From contig NW_002060952.1 of the NCBI RefSeq assembly GCF_000150275.1, positions 766,482-830,481 on the forward strand: 64,000 bases of DNA. The letters run 5' to 3'. The notes under the pieces were generated by a model. It had not been told where the DNA came from. It saw only the letters and a program-made list of their open reading frames with translations, and made no database searches. Made by a program: the position numbers and the translations under genes. Source of the DNA: Trichoplax adhaerens. Its lineage: Eukaryota > Animalia > Placozoa. The first letter of the stretch is position 1, and each line of letters opens with the position of its first letter. Shown here piece after piece: positions 42,726-55,209 of this stretch.

Positions 42726-43385
42726 GATTGATAGATTCAGAAAATGCAATGCTTGGAGGAGCTGATGATGAAGTTTCTAATCAGAGTGTTAAAAGACGAT
42801 GATTGGAGGTGCAATCGTCCAGCCAGTAGTTTGACGTTGATAACCATGAAAAGAAATAGTGCAAATAGTATGAAACTGGAAAACGAAATGGAGCAGTGAC
42901 CAGCTTGTCATTCCTTCATCCCCTGTGCTGTACCGTACCGCTACTGACGTACAGTACAGTGTACAGTACGTACTCAGGCACAGTGCATTGTACCGTGAAT
43001 TACTACAGTACTTACATTGTACTGGAAGGACGGGAGGTATGGACTACCGGAAGAGTCGTCTCTGATGATATTTACCTAGATACTAGATAAAATTTAAGCG
43101 CATCGCGATGATTTAATTGAATTGATTGATTTACTTATATAGTACTGTAGTGTCTCGGATATCCATATCCTTAATTTAGGATCGAGATCGTCTCCCCTGC
43201 AGAAGGAAATTTGCATCCAGCACCCGCTTGAGTGAACATTCCATTTCCTTTTCCACGATAATTGGTTGATTAATTGGTTGCAGTATCGTCATTTTTCGTA
43301 CGTGATTTATGCACAAACGGCTTAATCATTTTTCCATTGACGATCTTGATGAGGTGCGAAAGTCGTCTTAGCTAGTTGATTGCCA
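42726..43385. promoter_or_regulatory. Bidirectional promoter region between GLTP and RAD51D, with TACAG tract and CCAAT boxes
   Basis: Head-to-head ATGs 660 bp apart; TACAG/GTACC tract at 42925-43025; ATTGG twice at about 43261-43278. Confidence 0.6.
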
Positions 43386-45743
43386 ATGGCGAAATTACGT
43401 GTTGGCATGATTGATGGACTCAATCAATCGGTTATTGATGCTTGCCATAAAATTTCCGTCTCGACAGGTTATTCAACGGTTGTAATATTGATTGGCTTGT
43501 AGCCAATTTTAGATTGATTGGATATGTTTCAGTTATTTACAGCATGACTCTACCCAGGTATTGCTGGATACTATAACTCAATCTTGGAATGAATCAATTG
43601 CATGCTCAATAAATTTTTGCTGTTGATCTAGTCAAAGAGTTAACATTGGTAGAGTGTACTGTATGACGTAGATCATTGATTACTATTTCAGCAAATGCAT
43701 GATGAGCTGGCACTTTTTGATGATAAAGTTTGCCGTCCTTCGTTAATAACAGTTATCTCCAATGAATGCAAATGTGTAGGCTGGAAAGCAGCTTATTGAT
43801 ATTGGATGACACTTTATTCAGTAATGGTGCTTTATATTTTACCACTAGTAACTGACTTTATTTCTGCCAAAGTTGAGGTCATTGCAAGACAGGCATCTAT
43901 TTCTATCACGGTAAATATAAAGATCTATTCAATTCTTAAGATTGACTGGTTCGTAACTACAACATCGTTCACGATTGCTAGCTACAATAAACTACTTGTA
44001 TCATAGGAGGTTTCTTCAATGAGACGAAAATTACTCTCAAAGTATGCTTTAATGCCAATCAACGGAAGTCATTTGTATCAGATGCTCATTGATAAAATGG
44101 CCGTTATAACTACTGGTATATGTTCTACCAGATACAGTAGTTGTGAATTGTGTAACGCATTTTGATTAGCTTGCTTATTGATGATTTTTATGCGATTCCT
44201 TTTGTAGGCTGCCAGCAGTGAGTATAAGAAGCCTGAAGATTTTTAAGTGCAAACGTAGAATACCTACTACTAGACAGATTTGACAGGTATCAATAATGCT
44301 ACATTCTTAATTCAACTTTGTAGTTTAGATCATTTACTGGATGGAGGATTATACACTGGTGAAGTCGTCGAGTTTATTGGCAAGTCTGGTAGCGGAAAGT
44401 CACAGGTGTAGAAACATCATCAATGTGCTTTGTGCGCATATGATTACTATGAAGAGTCGTAATTAATTGCTCGAAATTGTAATGACCTCTTACAAGTGCT
44501 TAAACTATGTACAGTATTCAATTTGCGAGCAATCTTTGCTACCTAGCTAAGTAGCTATTCGCTATTAAAGTTGTATCGGTACTAAATTTACATATATAAA
44601 GTTTGATCAGATCGATTTACTAGAATGTGTAGCTATTACAATAATATTACAATAACGTTAAGTGTTGTAATTTTGGGACAGATTTGCATGCATATAGCTG
44701 GATTTAGTGCATCAACGACGTCAAATGGGACAATTTATATTGATACATGTGGCTCAATACAACCTAGTCGAATAAATGAAATTGTTAAAGAACATTTTTC
44801 TCATAATTCAATGGTAAAATCACTCGTAACTAATTAATTTTAATTCGCACCAGGATAAAATTAATGACATAAAAACATTTTTAGGAAAATCATGACGCGT
44901 TATCTAGACTTCTCTGTGTTAGAGTGCACGATATCTTTGAGTTAATATCCACGCTGCAGGGGTTACAAGAGAAATTAAATTTTGAAGTAAGCATGTTCTT
45001 TTTTGCCATCATTATGTATGCTCGCGACAAAAATTTAACAGAGAAAATTTCATGCTTTACCTAGTGTTCAGGCATTTATGGCAAACTTCGGTTACTAATA
45101 ATTGATTCAATAGCTTCGGTAATTACACCGGTACTAACGATACCCAATAATCATGGTAAATTGTCATTCGTTTTTAGGATGCCTTGATACATTTTGCTAT
45201 TTTTAATAGTTTATGATATCTTGATTTAGGGCACTCACTTATGACCTCATTAGCGAGAATTTTACGAGTGTTAGCTGTTGAATGCGGAATTTGTGTTTTG
45301 GTAGCTTTCCTAGCTAATGTTCATAAAAAATACATACTCTTATAATAATGAAGAATAGTATCTTATATTACTAATTATATAATTACTATATGTGACAACG
45401 AATTTATGATAGGTGACCAATTTTACTGTTACTGGCGGTAATGCAGCACTCGGTCGAACGTGGTCTTCCGTTCCTGATGTTAGGGTATCTATTCGTACTA
45501 TTGAATCTTTCAAGACTACAAAGGGTAATGAACGGATTGCTACCCTCGTTAAGTCTAGTAGACAGGTACTGCTGGGATCGTAATTTTATGAAATGCTATT
45601 TAAATCGAACTACTAGCTCGCAACATCTAATTATTAATAATGATTATTATTTTTAGCCAACACAAATATCAACCAATTTCTATATTGGAGATGGTGGTTT
45701 ATTATCCACTGCGCCGTGTAGCAGTAAATCACTTCTGAAGTAA
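43386..45743 (+). CDS. RAD51D: DNA repair protein RAD51 paralogue D, about 11 exons
   Basis: N-terminus MAKLRVGMIDGL resembles RAD51D MGVLRVGLCPGL; LDHLLDGGLYTGEVVEFIGKSGSGKSQ (Walker A), IYIDT, LLIIDS (Walker B), VTN, ALGRTWSSVP, LVKSSRQP; GT-AG introns; TAA at 45741-45743. Confidence 0.92.
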
Positions 45744-47115
45744 CTGTGAATATAGTACCAGATACTATTATAGGCTTGGTAAATTTGATGGATATTTTGA
45801 TGACGTGGCTGGAATAAGTGATGTAATTAATTGGTTCAATGTGGCTAGCATCATAGGATATTAATTAAAAAGTTACATGTATATAGTGGAGATTTTAATA
45901 CGGAGGTTGCTGATTATCACTCCTAAATCATACGAATCAGCATCGACGATACTGATATATACAGTACAGTGTTATCATAAATGACTCTATTCAATTTTTT
46001 GAGTATAGTGTATAATGACATAAATATGTATTCAGCTTCAATATTAATTAATGTGAAAAATCAATGATGTTATGTATAAATACGTAAGGTAAAACTGTTA
46101 CTTTTATATTCATACTTCCGTTTGTGCAAGGTACTAATTAATAGCCACTAAAAATCATAGTATCTAGCTATTCGTTTGTTACCGTCTGTTAAATTTTGTA
46201 TGATGTGATTGCACCAGCCCATGAGATAAAAATATAGATTTCGATTATGAGTATCTTTAGCCTCAACGTTGAATTTTGTATTATGCAGTCTTGATAATCG
46301 CTGTATCCATCGATGCTATGGCAATAAGTAAATTAATAAAAATGTAAGGAAATTCAGGTACTCATTTATGTTCATTTAAGAGTTGATAGCAGTACAGAAC
46401 TATTTTAACCCATTTAGTATTTTGCACTAAGAGTAATGATGTCGATAACGTGGTGGAATATAGCAGTGGTATCACTATTTCTTTCGGAGATTTTACTCTT
46501 GATCGAATAAATTGCAAGAAATGTTTTTAAGATTTCAAATATGAATATTTATTGCTGATTCTTGCTGTTAAGTGTTTACTTCAAACTATGTGTTATAAAT
46601 TATAATCCCTTCAACTAAAACTAGGGTAAAGTAGGCGTATTGCATTAAATATTGAAGTTATCGCCTTATCACACCGTTGATCACAGATATTCGCACACAA
46701 CGTAAAAGTATTATATCGTCACGGTATAGTGTCTCGTTTCTTATCCTTTGTTTATTAATTAGGGGGAAAAATTTGTAATGATGCAGCCATATAGCTTCAA
46801 TATGTATCTTGCAAATGTTAGGGATCATGTATATCATTTAAAGAACTATTACGTAAGGTTACTTATCAAATTTACAGTATACAACGTTCTACAATTAATT
46901 AATATAATTTATGTTACATTGATGTCATCGTAAAACACATCGTACGATATCATATTCTTACTTACATAGTTTCATAAATGATGTGAGATGACATTTTTCC
47001 ATTACACTGTTCATAGTATTATAGGATTTACAATTTAATATCTAATAAGTATCCGTTCGATTATATAATCAATACTACTTTATTTCACTACTACAGCTGA
47101 TGCAAGCTTAGATGC

Positions 47116-48075
47116 TCAGCTTCTCCTACTTGACATCCCTTGGTTGGCAAGAAGAACCTTGTCAATTTTGTTGTGTAACTCATTCAAACTATCCATTAAT
47201 CGGTCATGGTTAATTTTGATTGATTCCACGCTTGCACCTATTTTATGCATTTTATGCTGTGCTCCTTCCATGTAAGCCTGGCTCTGACTTTTGTGATACG
47301 CATCATACAGTATCTTAATTAGGCAAATTGCAAATATGATAACTGCGGAAACAAGGGGTCTATCGGCCATTTCATCAAATAGAAATGATACGTTAGAAAT
47401 TTTGTTTGCAACTGTCCATAGAATATGCTTACACCACAATGGACCAAAGTACATGTAACATATAAGTGTAAAAGAAAGGGTCATAAGACCAGTAGTGACG
47501 GAGAATATTCGTGCTGCTATATACCCAAGAATTAACCAGGTAAAAAATAATACTCTGTCATCAATATTGTGATTTGGTATGTTTGTATCTCTCCAATAGT
47601 GACCTTTACCTTGGATGAAAAGTAGAATGCAATTACTTTATATTATTCATTTAATTCTCTTACAGCTTTTGACTCCTGTATACTCGTATACAGGTATTGT
47701 ATTAATGAATATAACATCAAGCAAAACTGCAATAATTTATAATCTAGATGATAAAAGTTTTTAGCCCATTGGTCTGTTCTATACTGTCCATACTATACAA
47801 GCAATGATGATTAAATTATCTCTTAAAGTACCTTGCATATGCCAGTTTTTTTTATTATACAAATCATGCACTTGCTAAGATATCTCACCGATTTTCTCTT
47901 GTTGCTCGTAAACAAGGTTCAATAAATTCTGGTATGAGTCATGCACTGCATTTAGGGCACGTTTGATATACGCTTGGACGGTATTTTCATTGTCATAACC
48001 GTAGGTGTCGGCAGTAGAATATTGAATATAAATTATTAGGCAGAAGAACATCAGACAGGCAGAAATTGATCCCAT
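47116..48075 (-). CDS. Two-exon 226-aa membrane protein with signal peptide, 3-4 hydrophobic segments and C-terminal coiled coil (possibly BRI3BP/TMEM109-like)
   Basis: Exon 1 48075-47889 (donor GTGAGA) joins in frame to exon 2 47609-47116 (acceptor ttttcatccaag), merging two ORF-track fragments. The family assignment rests on architecture only. Confidence 0.7.
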
Positions 48076-49317
48076 CGCCGTAATCGCATCGGTTACAAAT
48101 TCTAAATAGAATACATAATACGCGTAAGATTCATGAAGGAAGCTTCTACAGCGTACGGAATGAAATACATGATGTAAATTACGCCTAAAAATAATAGTAC
48201 ATGTTTTAGAATGATAACTAGTGCATGACGTCTCGAGAACGGCGTATCGAGTGTTTTACATACTCGTATAGAGTTTCTAATTTTAAGAAGTACAAAACGG
48301 AAGAATTTCAATAATAACTAAGGCTTATCGCATTGTTTTAGCAGTTAACTGTAGTGAATTTTACCGTTGGTTATCTCAAATTCATAAACTGTGTAATAAT
48401 AAAATCTGAGTAAATGCACCATAAATGAATAATAAAAACAAGCCTGTTAATTTATAGTGCATATGAACCATATACGCGTATTGTATTGAAGTTTCAAATA
48501 TGCATACAGTGTAGTCAAGCATTTATATATGCGCAAGGACATGTGTTGTACTGTATTTATTTTTACCCTGATTCTGTTTTAGGACGCCAATTTTAACATC
48601 GCTTTGCTATAACATTATCAAAAGTTGGAGACTGAAAGTACAGTACAGTATTGCTAACGTAATTACTTACCAGCTCTTCTCTGCGCAAAATGAGTAAAAT
48701 AATGCAAAGAGCGTAGTGCCTCACTTAGCTACTGTATGTACTGTACTGTATAGCAATATTTCTGCATCTTTTACTTATTTACTCGATTGTATTATACTGT
48801 ACATATATGTATACTGTATATATATATTCTGAAATCTAGCTCATTCTACTCCGCATAGAAATTGAAGAAATTTTCCCCCATTACGTAATTGATTTTTAAT
48901 CACGACTACGTGTATTGCCATACTGTCCATACAGTACATAGTTCTTTAAAAGAGTCTGGAATATCGATCACTAAAAGTGTGAAAATTATAAAAAATATCT
49001 GTATGAGACAAATTCTATACAGGTGGATAAGTTGCTGTAAGACAAGTCTTTTGCAAATTAGAAAGCCTTTATGCAGAAGTACGAGTCCTACCACCGTCGT
49101 ATTGCAGTCGTAGGTTGTTGTGTTGGTAAGTACTGTACGATGTTGTCGATTATCACCTACACGATATAAATTGAACTTGCTCCTTGGATTGATTTCAGAT
49201 TAACATGACGCAATTTCAATTGGGAACTTCCATGTTGAATCCCATCATCATTTCATGGAAAGATTCAGCTAGATATTGAGCTTTGCTGATTCTGTCATGC
49301 GCATTAGTCCATTCTAA

Positions 49318-49405
49318 TGCAGTACAGTGTACAGTGTACACTGTACAGTACAGTATACCGTACTCATCCAACCACCTACTGTACAGTACTGTACTGTACA
49401 GTACG
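49318..49405. repeat. TACAG/CTGTA microsatellite tract in the divergent intergenic region
   Basis: CAGTACAGTGTACAGTGTACACTGTACAGTACAGTA...TACTGTACAGTACTGTACTGTACAGTAC. Confidence 0.9.
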
Positions 49406-49430
49406 TTATAAACAAGCAGCGCGCGGGGTA

Positions 49431-50138
49431 TTTATACTACTGTTCGATGACTCTGATTATGGGTTCATTTCAATAGGTCAGTATAAGATTCTTACAGTAC
49501 TTTTTACCTCCAGATTTCTTCATGTAAAACGAATAGCTTTAAGGTAGTTATTTCTGCAGAGTACTGATTTTTAAAATAGTATTCATTATATCGCTAAAGG
49601 TGGCCACTGGACCTTTCAATTTTGATTTGATGTAATATTCTGATGGAAATTGAATAAACATAAAATCTTTATAGAGTTTTCTACACAGCCATTTTGATTG
49701 TTACATTTTCTTCTAACGGTTGTTATCGACAGAGCAAGCTTTGCTTGCATGCGCAAGCGATCCTTAGACACATTATAATAATTGGTATAGAATTGATCAC
49801 AGTACTAAGGACATTGTACCGCACTGTACAGTACAGTACTGTAGATATCTTACAGTACCTGCAAACCTTAACTTGGTACTGTACAGTATGTCGATCGCCG
49901 TACATTAGTTATCATAATGTACTTTGGACCATCAACTAATCTTAATATAGCATTTCATAGCATTTCATCCGTTAATGCATTATTGAAAAGTAGCATTTTA
50001 TAAGCATAGCTGTGAATATAGTAGTGCCTGGCTATTACCGGGATGTATATAATGTCGAATGGTAATGCTATCTGTTAATTATTAACAAATGGCTACATTA
50101 TCGTAAACCGTCAGCAAAGCGACACGAGTTTGTACTAG
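49431..50138 (+). mobile_element. Second, 5'-shorter copy of the same non-autonomous Helitron
   Basis: Highly similar reverse complement of 32031 to about 32702; ends ...CCGTCAGCAAAGCGACACGAGTTTGTACTAG followed by T. Confidence 0.85.
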
Positions 50139-50223
50139 TTAATTAATTAATTGTTTGCAGTATCATCAAGTTTCATACAGTACTGTACCCAGTGTATCGT
50201 AGATCAAGTTCCATTTTGTCGTT

Positions 50224-50633
50224 CAGGGTCGGATCAGTTTTTTGGAAAAGAAGCATTTTTGAGTCCGATTTCCGAGTGAGAAATAGCATTTATTACGGAC
50301 CCTTAGTGTAGAGTTGATGTCAGATTAAAAGACTGTAATTGTACGTTAGTTTTACAGTAGTCAGAATTGTTCATTTTAAATATCAGAAAAGAAAATACAG
50401 TCCGATCTTGTCCGTCTGAAAACGAAATAAACCACAGAGTTATAGTACAGTGTACTGTACTGTAGGCTCCTTGATTGTGACTGTACACTGTACAATGTAC
50501 AGTACACGCAGTATCATACCAAAACATCACTACGTCATCTGGCGTCAGAGACGCCAGCAAAGCGTAAATTAGACTAGTACACAGTATAGCCAGACTGCTA
50601 CTCATCATACACTATATTACGTATACGACCCTG
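50224..50633. mobile_element. Possible hAT-like MITE remnant upstream of BRAP
   Basis: Inverted termini CAGGGTCGgAT / ATaCGACCCTG and several internal TCCG motifs; no matching 8-bp TSD. Confidence 0.3.
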
Positions 50634-50710
50634 ACGAGTCGACTCAACACAGTGTTATTTTGCGCTATTTCAGCTTACTACGCTAAGCGTCTTGAAGGTC
50701 TCCGATCTTG

Positions 50711-50730
50711 GCCAATGCGAAAGGATTGGC
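50711..50730. promoter_or_regulatory. Paired inverted CCAAT (NF-Y-type) boxes just upstream of the BRAP ATG
   Basis: GCCAATgcgaaaggATTGGC, ending about 15 bp before ATG 50745. Confidence 0.4.
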
Positions 50731-50744
50731 TGGGACATTAAATT

Positions 50745-53700
50745 ATGATTTCATTAATTTGCCTTCGATTTGAATTAGAAGACGGCCACTTAATTCCTTC
50801 AGATTTATCGTATACAGGTTATAGATCTTAATTCTGCTAATAAATCAATGTTACAATAGTTTTTTGGACTGTGTATTGAGGAGAGAATCAATCATAGCTT
50901 AATGTTGTTATCCTTCGGCGATGAAATTGCCTATTGGGTTAGCGCTTTTGGTGATAGATAGGCACAAACTCCATTTGTAAAATTTCATCAGATAGACCAA
51001 AATTTTGAACTTGATAGTTGCTTTAGTTGAACAATACTACTGTAGGCTTGATAAGGTTATTAGGTCATATCATTCATTCAATGTACGATGCTGTATGTAA
51101 GTGAAGGTATATGGATTATATTACGGATTAGGTCCTACGCGGATATTACAAGAAAGTTGCAGTAGAAATCATAACGCGAGCAATAACGACAGCAGAGATC
51201 GTAGTCTATCAGCTCGTGAAAAAAGCAAACATTTAGCCGCAGAGATTATGAACAAGCCGGACAATGCATCTGCTGATGCTCGAAATATACAAAAAAATAA
51301 GAGAAGTATGGCTGTCCATCTTGGTAAACGAGAAGCAAGACAATTACAAATTGAAACCATTACAAGCAAAGATCATGCTGGAGGTAGAGGCGTTAACTTT
51401 AGAAATTCTTTATTTTATTTCGCCTAAATTGTATCGTCCCAAACTTTTAAATAGTCATTGCTAATGCAATAGAATCTGCAATACCATAGCGGTAGTCAAG
51501 GGTATTATCTACGACGGCTATAGCTATAAAGTACTGTAAACAAGTAAAGGCGGACTGGAAAGCCAAGTTATGCTTGAAATCGCAATGATAGACTAATACA
51601 GTCACTCACTATACGAGTAATATCTTTAGCGGCTTTTGAGTTAAACCTGGTAGCATTGTCCTACTACTCTATACGTAAATTGTTTGGCAGTCGAAGATCG
51701 TTCAAGTGCTCTAGAAACATTTGAGAAGCCATTCTAAAGACGTAGATTGGAACTACTTAATCAGATCTCGTAGTTAAAAAGTCTCAACTGATACATACCT
51801 CGCTGATCTCCAACTGTAAATTTACATTCTCGCTATTGTTTACATCTACCACATTGCAGTTGGATTAATTGAAAGTTCGCTGCAAAAACACTAAAACTTT
51901 AAGCGTTATGTGGTATTTTAGCACTTAATTTACTATTATTATTACCCTTTACGTGGTCCTTCAGTGGCTACGACTAGTACAAAGGTTACCAATGCAAATG
52001 ATGCAGCTGGGCTAAATTCAGATTTACCTTTCTTATCTGGCAATCCAAATGTTGAGGTAACGGAAGGTATCATCCATCTATTCAAAGAGAAGTAAGTCTC
52101 TATCGAATAAGAATTAGGCTTGTACTTGTGTAAATTTGAAATATATTGGTATTATCCTTGCCATTAACTATAGCTGCTCTTTTATTCCCATCAATTAGTC
52201 AGATGACTTCTTTAGAAGAGAATGTCTTACGAAGTGAAATGTTATGTATGCTTGCAGTACCAGCTACAATGTCGTGCAATGATTTGATACAATTTGCAGC
52301 TCCGTATAGGTTTGTGTCTTAAATTGCTGTAAAATCATTATTTCCGAAACTTGTAAGATCGCACTGCTTCATTGACGTGCAAAAGTATGGCTTTGTGTGT
52401 ATGGTACTACTTTATGGATATTCAACATCAATTTATTTTGGTGTCAACTGCACAACTAGCTTACATTAAATTCTAACCTGGATCATTTTCATTGAATTAA
52501 AAACTTAGTCCAAATATCGAACATATCAAAATTATTAGAGACTCTACCCCAAACGAATATATGGTGTTGATAAAATTTAAAGATCAGGTTACAAGTTTCA
52601 TTTGATAGCTTTTTACTGTAATATTTGACAGTTAGCTAACATGAAAAATTATTGGTATCATGTTGTAGACTTGTTCTGATGAATTTTTTAAGCTTTATAA
52701 TGGACGTACCTATCATTCTTTAGAAGATAAGGTATATAAGCCTATGCGAGGCGTAATACTATGTATCATGGATTAGGAGATTGTTTATGGAATAAATACG
52801 CATAGCTACATATTGAATTTAGTAATGTTTGATTATGTTGTGTACACTAAAATTAATACTTCATTCAATAGATTTGTCATCTGGTATACGTATCGTTGGT
52901 GGAAACTATGACTTCTACAGAGGTGTTGTGATTGCAAAGTTCTATATCAACATTGGTATCTTGTAAGGATTATGCTATTATGCTAATAATTTGATTGGTT
53001 GTAATCGTAATAGGGTGCTAGCTTTCCAATACCTGGATTAACAGAGCTACCAAATTGTCCTGTTTGTCTGGAGAGAATGGTGCTCATAAAATTTTACAGT
53101 TAATCAGTATTTCATCTGTATTCTCTCGGTTAACTTACACTTTCGGATTCGAAATATGCCAGGATGAATCTGTGGAAGGCATTCTGACCATCTTGTGCAA
53201 TCATACCTTTCACATCAACTGCCTCACACAGTGGGGTGACTCCAGGTTAGTCATGTGCATGCAGACTTGGAAATTTAAAAAGTGATTATCTTGACATTGA
53301 TGTAAAATAAAATTTGTATTATATTGTTGCAGCTGTCCTGTATGTCGCTATTGCCAATCACCTGAAGTTGAAACTGAGAGTATTTGTTTTGAATGTGATG
53401 ACCAAAACGTTAGTCTAAAGTAATTTTAAACGTAGTGTATTATCCAGTACGCCTAAGGTGCAATTTAATTTTTCTTAACTGTTTCTGAAAGTGTCAAGAA
53501 AATTCAACGTAGTGGTTTGTTTTACGTTTATACAACTAATGGTAATTATATAATTTGCGTTCATAGGACTTATGGATATGCATGATATGTGGTAATATTG
53601 GTTGTGGGCGATACTCTGCAGGCCATGCTTATAGGTAATATGGCATTAGCTATCAGAGTGGATTAAACTAAAGTAGTTTCTTTACTTAAATTTCACTATG

Positions 53701-55209
53701 GCCTGTAAGACGACTGCAATTACATCGTAGTGATGGAATCGATCCAAAATTAATCGCACTCATTTCTATTTTCAGCCATTTTCAGTCAACTGAGCATGCT
53801 TATGCTATGAAATTAGATAACAATAGAGTTTGGGACTACACCGGTGATAATTATGTTCACAGACTGGTCCAAAATAAAAGTGATGGCAAGCCAGTTGCTA
53901 TTTCTAATAATGATGTGTTTGTATGTTGGATACATTACTACCCATAAATGAACTGCTTAATGGAATTACCGTAATAATTTGCGGGCTTTAAATTACAATC
54001 TGATGCATTAATAAGATATGATGCCTTTATTGATTTACTACTGTATTAGGCCGATGATGAAGATAAAAGAGATTCTTTGGCATTAGAGGTAAATAGTGCT
54101 GCTGTAGTAGTGTCGATACATTTACCTTTGCAAACCTTTAACCTTCGTATTGGCTGCTTCTTTTGGTAGTTTACGTACTTACTTACGCAGCAATTAGAAT
54201 CTCAGCGTCGATACTATGAGTCTAAGATTTTATCTCTAGAAGGAGAAACGGCTAAAAAGGTATTAAAATCCTATAGTTCTCGCAGGATTACTTTGCATTT
54301 TTATTTCTTGTAAACTAATAACAACGCTAGCTGATGTTTATTTCATATCATATCATTTCACTTAGTTAAGTCTTCGTGAAGAGGAGGTGCAACTGCTGAA
54401 GAAATCTATGTCTGTTTTGCAGCAAGAGCACACTAGTACTGTTCAACAGCGTCAGAATCTAGAAAATAAATCACTTTCGGTAAATTCTGTTACAGTAAAT
54501 AAGAGAATATTACTGTAATAGTACTTTGCATATTTCGTAACTACGTGTAATACCTATGATGTTATTCAGATAGGAAACAAATTAAAGAAACTTGCCAAAG
54601 AACTGGATGAAGAGAAGGAGGTTTGTACTACTAACAATTTACGCTACTTTAGTCTTTAGTCATATCTATGAAGGCACCCACGCAAGAAGTTTACTTTCCA
54701 CATCTTAGATGAATAAATGTATGCGGGATAATCAAGCACAGTTAATGGAACGCTTGCAGTCTAGCGATGAGAACTGGAAAAAAAAAGAAAAAGAGCATCT
54801 TCAGGTCTCGTATTTCTAAAAAATTTGATTTTAATATATGTATATATATATCTAATAAAAATTTTAATGATACCGCGAAGCGTTGACTAGTAAGTGAAAT
54901 TAGTCCCTGTGTTTTATTAGAAAATAAACGATTTGCAAGATCAGTTACGGGATGTAATGTTCTATCTTGATGCGCAGAAGAAGGTATCGCAATCACCAGC
55001 AGAAGCGCAGAAAGTATGTTTATAACCCGCAATGTCGTCACTATTTCATTTGCAACTTTTGAACTGAGCCTCATAGCAAAAATTAAAAAAATTTAATTCC
55101 CTTATAGGATATTCAGGATGGAAATATAAGTGTAGGTGCTGCTGGGTGCTCCGCGACTTCAGCTAGCAACCCTAGCCATGCCCGAAAGTCACGAAAAAAG
55201 AGGAAATGA
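50745..55209 (+). CDS. BRAP: BRCA1-associated protein (BRAP/BRAP2/IMP), RING-H2 plus ZnF-UBP E3 ligase, multi-exon
   Basis: MISLICLRFELE N-terminus; [72 protein letters not shown]..W...CPVCRY; ZnF-UBP LWICMICGNIGCGRY..GHA and RVWDYTGDNYVHRL; C-terminal coiled coil with DLQDQLRDVMFYL; basic tail RKSRKKRK. Confidence 0.95.

Noticed and set aside
50625-50680. Hammerhead ribozyme core (CTGACGA)
   Set aside because: No GAAA after a stem II and no suitable flanking stems.
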